Of a DNA stretch of 64,000 nucleotides, positions 19,103-28,990 are shown piece by piece; position 1 is the first letter of the stretch; each line of letters begins with the position of its first letter. The DNA is from Bdellovibrionaceae bacterium UBA6502 (lineage in GTDB: Bacteria; Bdellovibrionota; Bdellovibrionia; Bdellovibrionales; UBA840). The DNA lies in the NCBI GenBank assembly GCA_002436415.1, contig DJMA01000028.1:67628-131627 (forward strand). Direction: 5' to 3'. Below the pieces are notes generated by a model that was not told the DNA's origin, did not search any database, and saw only the letters and a program-made list of their open reading frames with translations. A program made the position numbers and the translations under genes.

Positions 19103-19424
19103 AACCCTTAACGGACGCCCTCTACTTGCGACAAGCTGAACACTTTTCCATTTACTACAAACATTAAAAATGAAGCTAATTTCTAAACAAACTAAGTCCG
19201 TTTCTAATCGCTGTTTTCGTCTCAAAAAGAGCTAAATAAAATACCTAAAGCTGAATAAACAAATCTGCTCCTGTTACTAATAAAATCTAATTATTCTTTG
19301 GCAATTGTTACGACAAACGTCTCATTCATAAACTGAATCTTCGCCGTATAGGAATTATTCTTTTAGAAATGCCTGATCGGATTTAAAATAAAGAGATACT
19401 TCTAAAAGATGAGTTGTACGTTAC

Positions 19425-20822
19425 TTGAAAAAGAGGTTATTAGTGGGAAATATTAAATCCGAAACCATTGCTGTAATTAATCAAAATACCAAAGCCTTCA
19501 TGGCTCACAAAAAAGTCGTTATTCTAGATCATTCTGGCAGTGTTCGCGCTCAATTGGTAAAATTAGTTCAAGAACTTGGGGCAACTAGGTCCAATATCTA
19601 CACCAGTAAATCTGTTGAAGAAGCTAAAAACTTGATCGAAGAAAACAAAGTGCAAGTACTTATCACTGAATATCAGGTTGAGAAAAAAGACTGCCTACCT
19701 CTTTGTGATATGATTATCGCTAATAATAAAGAAAACGAAAGACTTGTTATCTTAGTCACTCAAAATGGCAATCAATCCAGCGTTGCGCAAGCTTTAGAGG
19801 GTGATGTGGACGGCTACATCATCAAACCCTTTGTATACAATTTCATAAAAAAAAGCTTTGAAAAAACCATCATAAAAAAACTCTACCCTAGTAAAAACCA
19901 AAAATTACTCAACGAAGCCAAAGAGCATATTGAGAAAAAAAGTTTTTATTTGGCCGAACCCATTTTGATGGAACTAATAAAAAATCAAAACAAACCAACT
20001 CTTGCTCTATACTATTACGGGGAACTATTTCAAAAACGGGGAGATACGGATAAAGCAAAGCGTTTCTGGGAAAAAAGCCTAGAAGTTCAACCTGGACACT
20101 TTAAGTCTCTGAATGCAATTTATGAGCTTTGTTTAGCAACAAAAGATTTTGACGAAGCATTGTCTTACCTTAAAAAATTAAGATCCATCCTTCCTTTAAG
20201 CCCGAGTCGCTTAAAGCAGCTTTTTGAGCTGTACAGCCAAGGGGAAATGTATTTTGAAATCATTGAAGCCACAGAAGATTTATACAATTTAGACGAGCGC
20301 TCAGCAGATTTAAATCAGGTAGCCGCCGATGCACTCTTAAAAGCCGGGCTTTATTTTGCCAAAGCACAACGTGTGGACTTAGCGCACGACGCCTTTTCAA
20401 AATACCTAATTTTAGAAAACTACAAACTCTCATCCATCGCTGCAGTGATCAATTCTTTGATGGATTCGGAGCAATACAAAATTGCTGAGTTCTTTCTGAG
20501 CAAGGTGCTTCCAGATGACAGAACTAGCCATGATTTTATGGCACTAGATTTTAGAGTAAACTCAGCCGCACAAGGGATTCAATACACAATCATTCGCGGT
20601 ATGGAGTTAACAAAAGCGGGAGTAAACGACACTCATGTTCATAGGTTGTTCATCGAAGCAAACATCAGTGAAGAAAGAATCAGAATGGCTGAGCAAGCTT
20701 TAATGGACGCCAAAAACAATCAGCCTGATCATATGGATTTATGGCAAAGCCTAGAGTCTAAAATCGCTCGACTGAGCAAAGCTGATAATCAAGAAAAGCC
20801 AAACTCCATCATGGCTTCTTAA
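19425..20822 (+). CDS. Atypical receiver domain + TPR-repeat protein
   Basis: The N-terminal REC-like domain (VVILDHSG ... VLITEYQV ... LVTQ ... IIKPF) has Glu where the phospho-acceptor Asp is expected. The C-terminal helical repeats are TPR-like (YYYGELFQKRGDTDKAKRFWEKSLEVQP). The start is TTG 19425 or ATG 19500. Confidence 0.65.
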   Translation: MKKRLLVGNIKSETIAVINQNTKAFMAHKKVVILDHSGSVRAQLVKLVQELGATRSNIYTSKSVEEAKNLIEENKVQVLITEYQVEKKDCLPLCDMIIANNKENERLVILVTQNGNQSSVAQALEGDVDGYIIKPFVYNFIKKSFEKTIIKKLYPSKNQKLLNEAKEHIEKKSFYLAEPILMELIKNQNKPTLALYYYGELFQKRGDTDKAKRFWEKSLEVQPGHFKSLNAIYELCLATKDFDEALSYLKKLRSILPLSPSRLKQLFELYSQGEMYFEIIEATEDLYNLDERSADLNQVAADALLKAGLYFAKAQRVDLAHDAFSKYLILENYKLSSIAAVINSLMDSEQYKIAEFFLSKVLPDDRTSHDFMALDFRVNSAAQGIQYTIIRGMELTKAGVNDTHVHRLFIEANISEERIRMAEQALMDAKNNQPDHMDLWQSLESKIARLSKADNQEKPNSIMAS

Positions 20823-20844
20823 TAGAAATTACACATAAAAACTT

Positions 20845-20880
20845 AAAAAAAAATCGAGTCTTAAAAGACTCGATTTTTTA
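20845..20880. terminator. Bidirectional terminator between REC-TPR gene and rpsN
   Basis: A-run - atcgagtc/gactcgat hairpin - T6. Confidence 0.8.
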
Positions 20881-20909
20881 TAAGCAGAACTAAAACTGAT
20901 GTATGTATC

Positions 20910-21215
20910 TTACCAACTAGATTTAGTTACGCCTGGAATCAAACCAAGGTTACTTAATTCACGAAAAGCAATACGGCTCATTTTGAACTTTCTTAGAACT
21001 CCTCTTGGACGACCTGTGATTTCACAACGATTCACAACACGGTTCTCTAGAGTTAAGCGAGACATATTGTTCATAGTTCTACGAGCAGCCTCTTTTTCTT
21101 CTAATGAAGTTCTTGGGCTTTTCAAAATTTTTCTTAACTCAGCTCTTTTAGCACGAGTGCGACTTACTGCTTCGATTCTTTGTTTGTTTCTTTCAATCTT
21201 GGAAACTTTCGCCAT
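20910..21215 (-). CDS. rpsN: 30S ribosomal protein S14, long (101-aa, Cys-poor) form
   Basis: [13 protein letters not shown]...[40 protein letters not shown] is collinear with E. coli S14. It is not embedded in an spc operon here. Confidence 0.95.
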   Translation of the reverse strand: MAKVSKIERNKQRIEAVSRTRAKRAELRKILKSPRTSLEEKEAARRTMNNMSRLTLENRVVNRCEITGRPRGVLRKFKMSRIAFRELSNLGLIPGVTKSSW

Positions 21216-21471
21216 ATCTATTAGATCCTTTTTCCTTAAAATCCGTTAATTCCGCTATTTCGAAGGTCCTTTTATAGATGGAATTACAACTAACTGCAAG
21301 CATTAAATGACAAGCTTTGTTGTAAAGACATTTAATTGGTATTCTAGAGCCTTCTGACTTAATTGTACAAATAACAAGCTTTTTTCAAAAAGGCAAAAAA
21401 ATACTTGCCAGCAATTCAAAAAAGACATAGAACTTCCACTTCGAAAAGAACTTGAATCTGGAGACAGAAAT

Positions 21472-21654
21472 ATGGCAAAAAAGAACACCAAAATCAAAAA
21501 AGTTATTTTAGAGTGCACAGAAGCTCGCAAAAATGGCCAAACACCATCTCGCTATATGACTACTAAAAACACTCAAAAGCACCCTGAGCGTTTAGAGAAA
21601 ATGAAATACAATCCTTTTATTAGAAAACACACCCTTCATAAGGAGATTAAGTAG
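21472..21654 (+). CDS. rpmG: 50S ribosomal protein L33 (Cys-depleted form)
   Basis: [22 protein letters not shown]...[33 protein letters not shown]. Only one Cys remains where Zn-ribbon L33 has CxxC...CxxC. Confidence 0.9.
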   Translation: MAKKNTKIKKVILECTEARKNGQTPSRYMTTKNTQKHPERLEKMKYNPFIRKHTLHKEIK

Positions 21655-21698
21655 TATTTTACTACTTAGTTCCTTGTGAATTTTTATATCGCATAATT

Positions 21699-21723
21699 AG
21701 CAGCCCGACTGGCTGCTTTTTTT
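21699..21723 (+). terminator. Rho-independent terminator after rpmG
   Basis: agcagcc-cgact-ggctgct hairpin followed by T7. Confidence 0.8.
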
Positions 21724-22900
21724 ATGCTGCCTTAGAGCTAATACCAAGAGCTGTAGATATTTCATTTAACAGACTGCGATGATTGAAAGGCTTTTTAATT
21801 AAGCCTTGGGCATCCAACTTTCGCATTTGGTCTAAAATTTTCGCTTCTCTCTCACCCGTTAAAAACAAAAATGGAATATTCTTGAGATTAGAGTCTTGAT
21901 TGATTCTACTTTTAACCTCAATTCCATCTAGTTGGTCCATTTGATAGTCACAAATAATCAACTCTGGAGCTTGGTTCTGCATATGCTTCAAAGCCTCGGG
22001 CCCCGATGAAAAATACTGAACATTCACATCTTTTAATTGTTTATCAAAAACATGCTTAGCAAGCTTTAAAATTGCATCTGAATCGTCAATAAATACAATC
22101 TCCTTGATTTGCGTTAGATTGTCGATTCCTGAACTTACGGGACTATCTACTGCATTATCCATGGAAGCGTATTTATTGCTTAACCAAGCCTCTAAGTTTT
22201 CCATAATGTTTCTATCTTTTAATAAGAGCTCCCCTTCAAAATTATGAAACTTTTTCATTGAAGACTCTGAGGTTGAGATAATCAAAACATCGGTAGAATC
22301 AAACTTATCAGGAACAATTTGCATTACAGCATTGTATAAAAGATTCCCCTCAAAGGATCCCATATTTGTACTAAAGAGAATCAAGTCAAAATCCTCAAGA
22401 ACTAGACGGTTTAAAGCCTCAAAAGAATCCGCACTAAAAGAAATATTGAATCCAAAGTTTTTTACGATATTTGAATACAACATCGACATGCTTCGACTCA
22501 TTTCTAAAATCAAACACTTACGAACTTGTTTTAATGAGAAATCATCTAAAAGTTCATCCAATTGATTCACTAATGCCTGTGGACGATTAGGCTCCCAATT
22601 GTATATGTAGTTTCGACATAGATCGATTACCGAAAACATAATTTGAGCAAACTTTTTATCGGACACTACACGTTCATCAACGAGTAAATCCTCCACTTTA
22701 TGGCAAAGAGAGGAAAACTCATTTAACATATACGAACCAGCCGTCCCCTTCATGGAATGCATCAAACCAATGGCCTTACGAATAAGGCTTTCATCCTTAG
22801 TTTTTTCGTACTCCAGAAAAAAGGATTCCATTTCTTCGATTTGTTCCAACAACTCGGAGAGATAAGATTTTTGAATCTGACTAAAATCATCAAAGCTCAT
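21722..22900 (-). CDS. HPt domain - degenerate middle domain - receiver domain protein
   Basis: N-terminal HPt motif (HSMKGTAGSYML). C-terminal REC (VFIDDSD ... LIICDYQMDQLDG ... FLFLTG ... IKKPF). Confidence 0.75.
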   Translation of the reverse strand: MSFDDFSQIQKSYLSELLEQIEEMESFFLEYEKTKDESLIRKAIGLMHSMKGTAGSYMLNEFSSLCHKVEDLLVDERVVSDKKFAQIMFSVIDLCRNYIYNWEPNRPQALVNQLDELLDDFSLKQVRKCLILEMSRSMSMLYSNIVKNFGFNISFSADSFEALNRLVLEDFDLILFSTNMGSFEGNLLYNAVMQIVPDKFDSTDVLIISTSESSMKKFHNFEGELLLKDRNIMENLEAWLSNKYASMDNAVDSPVSSGIDNLTQIKEIVFIDDSDAILKLAKHVFDKQLKDVNVQYFSSGPEALKHMQNQAPELIICDYQMDQLDGIEVKSRINQDSNLKNIPFLFLTGEREAKILDQMRKLDAQGLIKKPFNHRSLLNEISTALGISSKAA

Positions 22901-23214
22901 AGCTTTTCCTTTGCGTTGTTGTATGCTTCTTTAACCTCTTCCCAATATTCCTGCAAATCATTCCAATGAGTTTCTAGCTTTTGAGAGTCACCCTCTTTAA
23001 CAGCTACTTCTAATTGCCTCGAAAGCTCACTCATTTCTGAAAAACCGTAGCCACCACTATCCCCTTTTAAAGTATGAGCAAGTTTCATGGTCGATTCTTT
23101 ATCTCTTACTGAAATCGAGGCACTAAGATCCTTCATGTCTTTTTCCGTAAGATCGATAAAGCTCTCCATAATATCCATTAAATCTTCATCAATTTGAACT
23201 TCAAACTTACCCAT
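22897..23214 (-). CDS. Stand-alone HPt phosphotransfer protein
   Basis: 105 aa with the motif AHTLKGDSGGYGF. A 4-nt overlap with the downstream gene suggests translational coupling. Confidence 0.8.
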   Translation of the reverse strand: MGKFEVQIDEDLMDIMESFIDLTEKDMKDLSASISVRDKESTMKLAHTLKGDSGGYGFSEMSELSRQLEVAVKEGDSQKLETHWNDLQEYWEEVKEAYNNAKEKL

Positions 23215-23216
23215 AA

Positions 23217-26200
23217 CTACGCTACCTCTGCTTCTCTTTTTCCGTATTGAGAAAGACTAGTTAATAAAACATCTTTCTTAATTGGTTTCGACAAATGTTC
23301 GTCACAACCTGCATTTATACTCTTTTCTTTTTCTCCCTGTAAGGCAAAAGCCGTTAAAGCAAGGATTGGTGTTTTTATAATATTGTTTTTATTCTCATAA
23401 TCTCTGATTTCTTTAGTGGCCATATAGCCATCCATAATCGGCATTTGCATATCCATTAAAATAATGTCAAAATTTTCAGTCTTATACTTCTCAAAAGCCT
23501 CTAGACCATTTTCAGCTTCCTGTAAATTTACATTAGACTTTGCAAGATAAAACTTAATTAGATTACGATTTTTCTCCGAATCATCTACTACTAAAACACT
23601 TAATCCAGAAATATCTTTAATCGTACCAGCCTGGTTCTTAATAGAAGTACGAAGCTTGATACCAGTATTGATCTTTTCTTGTACCAAGTTAGATATTTGA
23701 TTTTGATCCAATGAGCCTTCAACAAAGTTTGACACATCATATTTACTAAACAACTGTCTTTGTTCATCACTGAAGTTTTCATTAGAAAGAATTAAAGGTG
23801 CTTTTATGGATCTGTTTCTAATTTCTTGCACTAATTCTTCAGCAGCTAAAATATTATCAGTGGTTTTATAAAACACGCAGTCAATGTCCTTCACAGTATT
23901 TAAAACGATATTTACTTTTTCGATCGAATTTGCATTAATCACTTTTATCTTAGTTTTCTTTAGACTTTCCTTCAAACCAGAAACCTCTTCTTTATCTTCA
24001 CAAATCAGTAATAAATTGCCTGTGGTATTCGGGTCCAAAACACCTTTCAAAGTACTGTGCCAATCACGGTACTTGATGGGTTTATTGATTATATTGCTAA
24101 CTCCCAACTTTTTCAGCTGCAATATTTGAGCATTGCTATTGTTACTATTTTGCAAAAATAAAAATCGATCCATAGGCTCTTTGGTTTTATTTAATTCTAC
24201 CAATACCTCAAAGCCATCCATTTCTGACATTCCTTGGTCTATCACGACTAAATCATAAGGATTTTTATCAAGTTTTCCCTTGTTGAACTGTTTTTGAGCT
24301 TCAGAAAGTTCATCACAAAAATCTACTTTCGCATTTACTCTTAAAAAGTATTTGTTGAAAAACTCTTCATAAAAAGCATTTTCAGAAACGATTAAAACAT
24401 TAATGTCTTTCACGTTTAAAGACTCTAAGCTAGTGCAAGGACGATTGGATTTTTGCAAACTAATTTCAAAATAAAAATGGGAGCCTTTATTTAACCGACT
24501 CTCTACATGAAGCTCACCACCCATCATTTCTACTAGCGTCTTAGTGATATTTAAACCTAAACCCGTTCCACCAAATAAACGAGTGGTAGAACTATCGGCC
24601 TGAGTGAAGCTTTCAAATACGTGGGCTAACTTATCACCTGAAATACCTATACCAGTATCTCTAATTGAAAATCGAAGTTTAGCCTCTTGTGCGTCATCAC
24701 TCAAAACATCGATTTTTAATGCCACTGTTCCAGAGCTGGTAAATTTAATCGCATTACTTAAAAGGTTCATTACAATCTGTTTTAGTCGATAAGGGTCACC
24801 CATAACTTCGCTTGGAAGTCTTCGGTCAAAATCATATAAAATCTCAATTCCCTTTTCATGCGCTGTATGGGAGTGTAGATCAATCACTTGGTCTAGAGAG
24901 TTTTCTAGGTCAAAAGAAATGCTTTCTAATTCCATCTGCCCTGACTCTACTTTAGAGAGGTCTAAAATATCATTGATGATTGCTAATAAACTATCGCCAG
25001 AGTCTCTAAAGTTTCTGACATAGCGTAACTGCTCCTCATTTAATGGAGTTTCAATTAATAAGTCAGCCATTCCTAAAATAGAATTTAGTGGTGTACGAAT
25101 TTCATGTGACATATTGGCCAAAAATAAACTCTTGGCCCGATTTGCCTTAGTGGCTGTCTCCATTGCGGCCTTTAGTTCTTCTTCACTATTCTTTCGCTCT
25201 TGAATGTCTTGTAAAAATACAGAATAAAATTTGCTTCCATCAATTTCCAATTGCCCCAAACTAATTTCTACTGGAAAAACATCATTTGGATTTCTTAATG
25301 CATTCATTTCATAAGTTACAGAATAGGATAAATCCTCTATATTAAACTTTTGAACCTCTTTATTACCTACCTTACTAACCCCTTTTTCGAATAGCAAAAC
25401 ATCAAACATATTTAAATTTTCAAATTCTTTTAGGCTGGTTTTAAAAATAGATTCCACCGCACGGTTGGCGTTGTATAACTTTCCACTTTCATCAAAAGTA
25501 AGGATGGCATCAGCAGTATTGTTCAAGATCGTATGAATGGTACTTTCTTTTTCTTGCAACTCTTTTTCGAACTGAATAATCTGAGTAATGTCAGTTAAGA
25601 CGATCATTTTACCGTAGACATTATCTGATGAATCAACAAGAGGCTTAGAATAGTAATAAGCATATCGCTGTTCATCATTCCTAGACACAGCCAACTGCCC
25701 TCTACCAAGACGTTCTGGTTGAAAAAACTCATGCTGAAAGATCTTTCTTCCCGGTTCGTCAAAAACCTCACATAAATCTTTTATGTCTAGATCATCTGTG
25801 TTTTCTATTCCAGTAATATTAGAGGCTGTTTGGTTAAAATACGTAATTCCCTTTTCTTTATCATATAAGATAATACCAACAGGAGCCGTTTCTGTTAAAG
25901 CCTGAAACTGTAATAGACTTTTGTTATAACTATCACTAGAGAGTTTAGCCGCAGTAATATCCTCAATAGATCCAGCAAGCCTTAAGGCTTTTCCTTCCAC
26001 ATTCCAAACGGCTTGTCCCTTGAGACGAATCCACACCTCTTCATCGCTAAATTGTTTTATGAGTTTAAAGCTCACATCAAGGGGCTCATGTTTTTTAATA
26101 TGATCTGATATACTTTGTTCGGTGGCTGCTAGATCTTCTGGATGAATTAGGTCGTACAATAAATTTTGGGTTGGCACAACACCTTCATCGATTCCACATA

Positions 26201-27419
26201 TTTCTTTAAATTTTTTCGACCAATAGAGCTTATCATCACGTAAATTCCAATCCCAAATTCCAACCGAGGAACCATAAACAGCAAGTTCATAACGCTCTTC
26301 GCTTTCTCTTAGACGAGACTCAAGAACTCGTTCCTCGGTAACATCCCAGTTAGCACCTACCATTTTTTCAGGCTCGCCTTCAGGGCTCAAAAAAACACGA
26401 GCTTCTGCCTTGATGTATTTCACTCTGCCTGTTTTAGTTTCAATTCTAAACTCATAGCGAAAATCTTGCTTAGTCTCTACGGATTCGTTTAAAACTTCTT
26501 CTACCAAAAATAGATCTTCTTCACTTAAAGCTTCCGCCCAGGCCTCATAGGCATTTTTAAAATTTCCTTTTTTTACCTCATAGAGTTCAAACATTTTATC
26601 GTCCCACTCTAAGTAGTTAGTCTTAAGGTTCCATTCCCAAATTCCAATACCACTACTATAAAGCGCCAAACTCAAACGACTTCGATACTCACTCAATTGT
26701 TCGTTCAGATCTTTTTCAGATGTTATATCTTGGTAAGTACCAATGATTTTTTTCTCATTCTCTAGATTTGTATCTAACTTTGCTTTCGTCCGTAACCATT
26801 TGATCTTTCCATCAAGGGTTTTAATACAGAGTTCAGCGTCAAAAGAATTTCCATTGTTTTTTACGCCATTAAAAAATCCTAAAAAAGCGGATCTAGATTT
26901 ATCTTCAAAGAAATTCAACTGATCTTCGAACTCCACAGGAACCCCTGGAGGAAGTTCAAAAATATTAAATGTCTGATTCGACCAAACTAACTTTTCCCGG
27001 TCTAGATCAAATGTCCAACCGCCTAAATTTGCAACCTCTTGTGTGTCTTGAAGCAAAGTTTGAACTTTTTTAATCTCCGAGGTTTCGTGAGCTATCATAA
27101 AAATTTGCTCTTCCACCAAATAGGCATTCCAGCTTAACCATAAAAGCTTACCGTCTTTACGGATAAATCTTGTTTCAAAGTTTTTAACCTTTTCGCCTTG
27201 AATAATTCGAGAAAACATCTCAATGGTGATCACTTGATCTTCCGGGTGCAAAAACTCAAGCAGTGGTTTTTCATACAATTCTTCCTCAGTGAACAAAGTG
27301 GTTTCTTCCCATACTTCATTCACTCTCAGCAAAAAACCCTCTTTATCGCATACTGCAAAGAGGTTTAGGCTTCTGTTAAAAAATTCCGAAAAATCTATGT
27401 CTTTTGTTTTCACATTCAT
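23217..27419 (-). CDS. Multi-PAS hybrid sensor histidine kinase (1400 aa) with three C-terminal receiver-type domains
   Basis: Repeated PAS/PAC blocks (W.W....L.WS, DIT..K). HisKA H-box SHEIRTPLNSILG. HATPase G-boxes DTGIGI and GGTGLGLNI. REC with VVIDQGMSEMDG, a degenerate REC, and a terminal REC (VLVVDDS...ILMDMQMPIMDG...LSKPI). No obvious TM segments. Confidence 0.9.
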   Translation of the reverse strand: MNVKTKDIDFSEFFNRSLNLFAVCDKEGFLLRVNEVWEETTLFTEEELYEKPLLEFLHPEDQVITIEMFSRIIQGEKVKNFETRFIRKDGKLLWLSWNAYLVEEQIFMIAHETSEIKKVQTLLQDTQEVANLGGWTFDLDREKLVWSNQTFNIFELPPGVPVEFEDQLNFFEDKSRSAFLGFFNGVKNNGNSFDAELCIKTLDGKIKWLRTKAKLDTNLENEKKIIGTYQDITSEKDLNEQLSEYRSRLSLALYSSGIGIWEWNLKTNYLEWDDKMFELYEVKKGNFKNAYEAWAEALSEEDLFLVEEVLNESVETKQDFRYEFRIETKTGRVKYIKAEARVFLSPEGEPEKMVGANWDVTEERVLESRLRESEERYELAVYGSSVGIWDWNLRDDKLYWSKKFKEICGIDEGVVPTQNLLYDLIHPEDLAATEQSISDHIKKHEPLDVSFKLIKQFSDEEVWIRLKGQAVWNVEGKALRLAGSIEDITAAKLSSDSYNKSLLQFQALTETAPVGIILYDKEKGITYFNQTASNITGIENTDDLDIKDLCEVFDEPGRKIFQHEFFQPERLGRGQLAVSRNDEQRYAYYYSKPLVDSSDNVYGKMIVLTDITQIIQFEKELQEKESTIHTILNNTADAILTFDESGKLYNANRAVESIFKTSLKEFENLNMFDVLLFEKGVSKVGNKEVQKFNIEDLSYSVTYEMNALRNPNDVFPVEISLGQLEIDGSKFYSVFLQDIQERKNSEEELKAAMETATKANRAKSLFLANMSHEIRTPLNSILGMADLLIETPLNEEQLRYVRNFRDSGDSLLAIINDILDLSKVESGQMELESISFDLENSLDQVIDLHSHTAHEKGIEILYDFDRRLPSEVMGDPYRLKQIVMNLLSNAIKFTSSGTVALKIDVLSDDAQEAKLRFSIRDTGIGISGDKLAHVFESFTQADSSTTRLFGGTGLGLNITKTLVEMMGGELHVESRLNKGSHFYFEISLQKSNRPCTSLESLNVKDINVLIVSENAFYEEFFNKYFLRVNAKVDFCDELSEAQKQFNKGKLDKNPYDLVVIDQGMSEMDGFEVLVELNKTKEPMDRFLFLQNSNNSNAQILQLKKLGVSNIINKPIKYRDWHSTLKGVLDPNTTGNLLLICEDKEEVSGLKESLKKTKIKVINANSIEKVNIVLNTVKDIDCVFYKTTDNILAAEELVQEIRNRSIKAPLILSNENFSDEQRQLFSKYDVSNFVEGSLDQNQISNLVQEKINTGIKLRTSIKNQAGTIKDISGLSVLVVDDSEKNRNLIKFYLAKSNVNLQEAENGLEAFEKYKTENFDIILMDMQMPIMDGYMATKEIRDYENKNNIIKTPILALTAFALQGEKEKSINAGCDEHLSKPIKKDVLLTSLSQYGKREAEVA

Positions 27420-27569
27420 GATAGCTTCTTGTCGGCAGCTCTTTATAAGGAGATTAGACCTGTTCTAAGAAGATACATAGCAAAACTTGTTCAATATTGA
27501 GAATTGTACATTAATGTTAAAGTTCCTTGGTTTTTTAAACCGATAAAGTACTGAGCACGGAGGAATGCT

Positions 27570-28283
27570 ATGAAAAGAATTTTACTAATTGAAGACTCTA
27601 AAAAGACACAACAACTGATTTTACACAGTTTAGAACGAGAATTCGAGGTTTTCATAGCAGAAACTGCCTCAGAAACCCTTCACTACTGTAGGTCTCAAAA
27701 TCCAGACTTAATTCTACTAGACATTAATTTAGGAATTGATTCAGGCTACACAATACTTGAACAATTAAAGGTAAACCGCTTGATAGATGAGACACCCGTT
27801 ATATTTTTAACCGGTGAAGAAAGCATCCAGAATAAAGTAATCGCTTTTAACCTAGGTGCCGATGACTATATCACAAAACCATTCGATCCTACCGAGCTTA
27901 ACTTAAGAATCAAAGCTCGCTTAAAAGACCATGGCTCAAGAGATAGTAAAACCATCAGCTTTCAAGGCATAAACATTGATACCAACACTCTCACTGCTTA
28001 CGAATTAAATGAGCAAGGCAAGCGCGAGAACCTAGATCTATCCCCTACTGAAATTAAACTTTTAGTTTTCTTCATAGAAAACAAAAACCAAGTGTTTTCG
28101 AGAGAACAAATCTTTCACAAAGTTTGGGGCGATAACTGTTACTATTTAGACCGAACCATCGATCGCCATATATCTAGTTTGCGAAAAAAGATCGGCAAAT
28201 GGGGCGACTGCATTCGAACGATTTATGGGGCCGGTTATATGTGGGATACGGCCCATTACACAAGTAGTTTTAAGGCTTCCTAG
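27570..28283 (+). CDS. OmpR/PhoB-family response regulator (REC + winged helix)
   Basis: ILLIEDS, LILLDINL, FLTG and ITKPF, then a winged-helix output domain (LSPTEIKLLVFF...REQI...VDRHISSLRKKI...IRTIYGAGY). GGAGG RBS. Confidence 0.9.
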   Translation: MKRILLIEDSKKTQQLILHSLEREFEVFIAETASETLHYCRSQNPDLILLDINLGIDSGYTILEQLKVNRLIDETPVIFLTGEESIQNKVIAFNLGADDYITKPFDPTELNLRIKARLKDHGSRDSKTISFQGINIDTNTLTAYELNEQGKRENLDLSPTEIKLLVFFIENKNQVFSREQIFHKVWGDNCYYLDRTIDRHISSLRKKIGKWGDCIRTIYGAGYMWDTAHYTSSFKAS

Positions 28284-28818
28284 TCTCCATTAAGATATTT
28301 TCAGCCTTTGAAAATAATTGTGAATAACTAATCGGCTTTTGCCAAACATCAATTAATCGAAAGTATTTGGTTTCTTTTACATGAATGTTTCTAGACTCTA
28401 AGCCACTATAAATTACAACAGGGATTTTAGAGTTTTCTAGATCAAGGTAATCATCATCCTCATGCAAACGCAATAAGAGTTCATCCGCTTTTTCTAAGGT
28501 AGAACTTCCGTCTAATCCATCCATCATCATGTCTAAAATTATTAGATCCACATCCGTCTGCATTAAAGAATTGATCGCAGCATAACCGTCAAACGACACG
28601 AAGGTATTGCATCCCAGATTATTAAAAATCTTATTTAAAGTAGATATAGCTCGCATACTATCATCGATGAGCAAAACCTTTTTTAAGTCTTTCTTACTAA
28701 GCTCTTCTTCATATTTCTTCACTGCATGGTGCTCAAAACCAAGCTTCCCCTCAGGTAAATCTTGTTGCCACGGTAAAATTAGATCTAGCTTGCTCGCCAT
28801 AACTCCCCCTATTTTCAT
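28270..28818 (-). CDS. Single-domain response regulator with N-terminal extension
   Basis: VLLIDDS ... LIILDMMMDGLDG ... VVIYSG ... WQKPI. The start may be ATG 28800 (MASKL). Convergent 14-nt overlap with the OmpR-type gene. Confidence 0.75.
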   Translation of the reverse strand: MKIGGVMASKLDLILPWQQDLPEGKLGFEHHAVKKYEEELSKKDLKKVLLIDDSMRAISTLNKIFNNLGCNTFVSFDGYAAINSLMQTDVDLIILDMMMDGLDGSSTLEKADELLLRLHEDDDYLDLENSKIPVVIYSGLESRNIHVKETKYFRLIDVWQKPISYSQLFSKAENILMETRKP

Positions 28819-28990
28819 AGTAAAATTATCTCAAAATAAGTTTACTAGAATATGAATTTGAAGTTACAGCTTGGTTACAAACAATAAAAATCTTGGATCA
28901 AAATGTTACAAAAGACCTTAAAGTTTAGTTTTTCTTAAGCTTTTTAATAATCATGGTTTTATGCCGATAACTAGATAAAGGGAGTGAATC

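Noticed and set aside
20899-21249. 116-aa + strand ORF covering rpsN. Similar long antisense ORFs occur at 684-1142, 33991-34437, 47261-47689 and 60944-61456, among others.
   Set aside because: They lie entirely antisense to genes with strong homology-type evidence. They have no RBS and show low-complexity or odd composition. They are shadow ORFs typical of AT-rich genomes.
21216-21471. Search for a Zur/Fur box between rpsN and rpmG.
   Set aside because: Only an imperfect palindrome centred on ttgtacaa was found, and it does not match the Zur consensus sequences I know. The zinc-paralog idea is therefore kept as a hypothesis without a claimed binding site.
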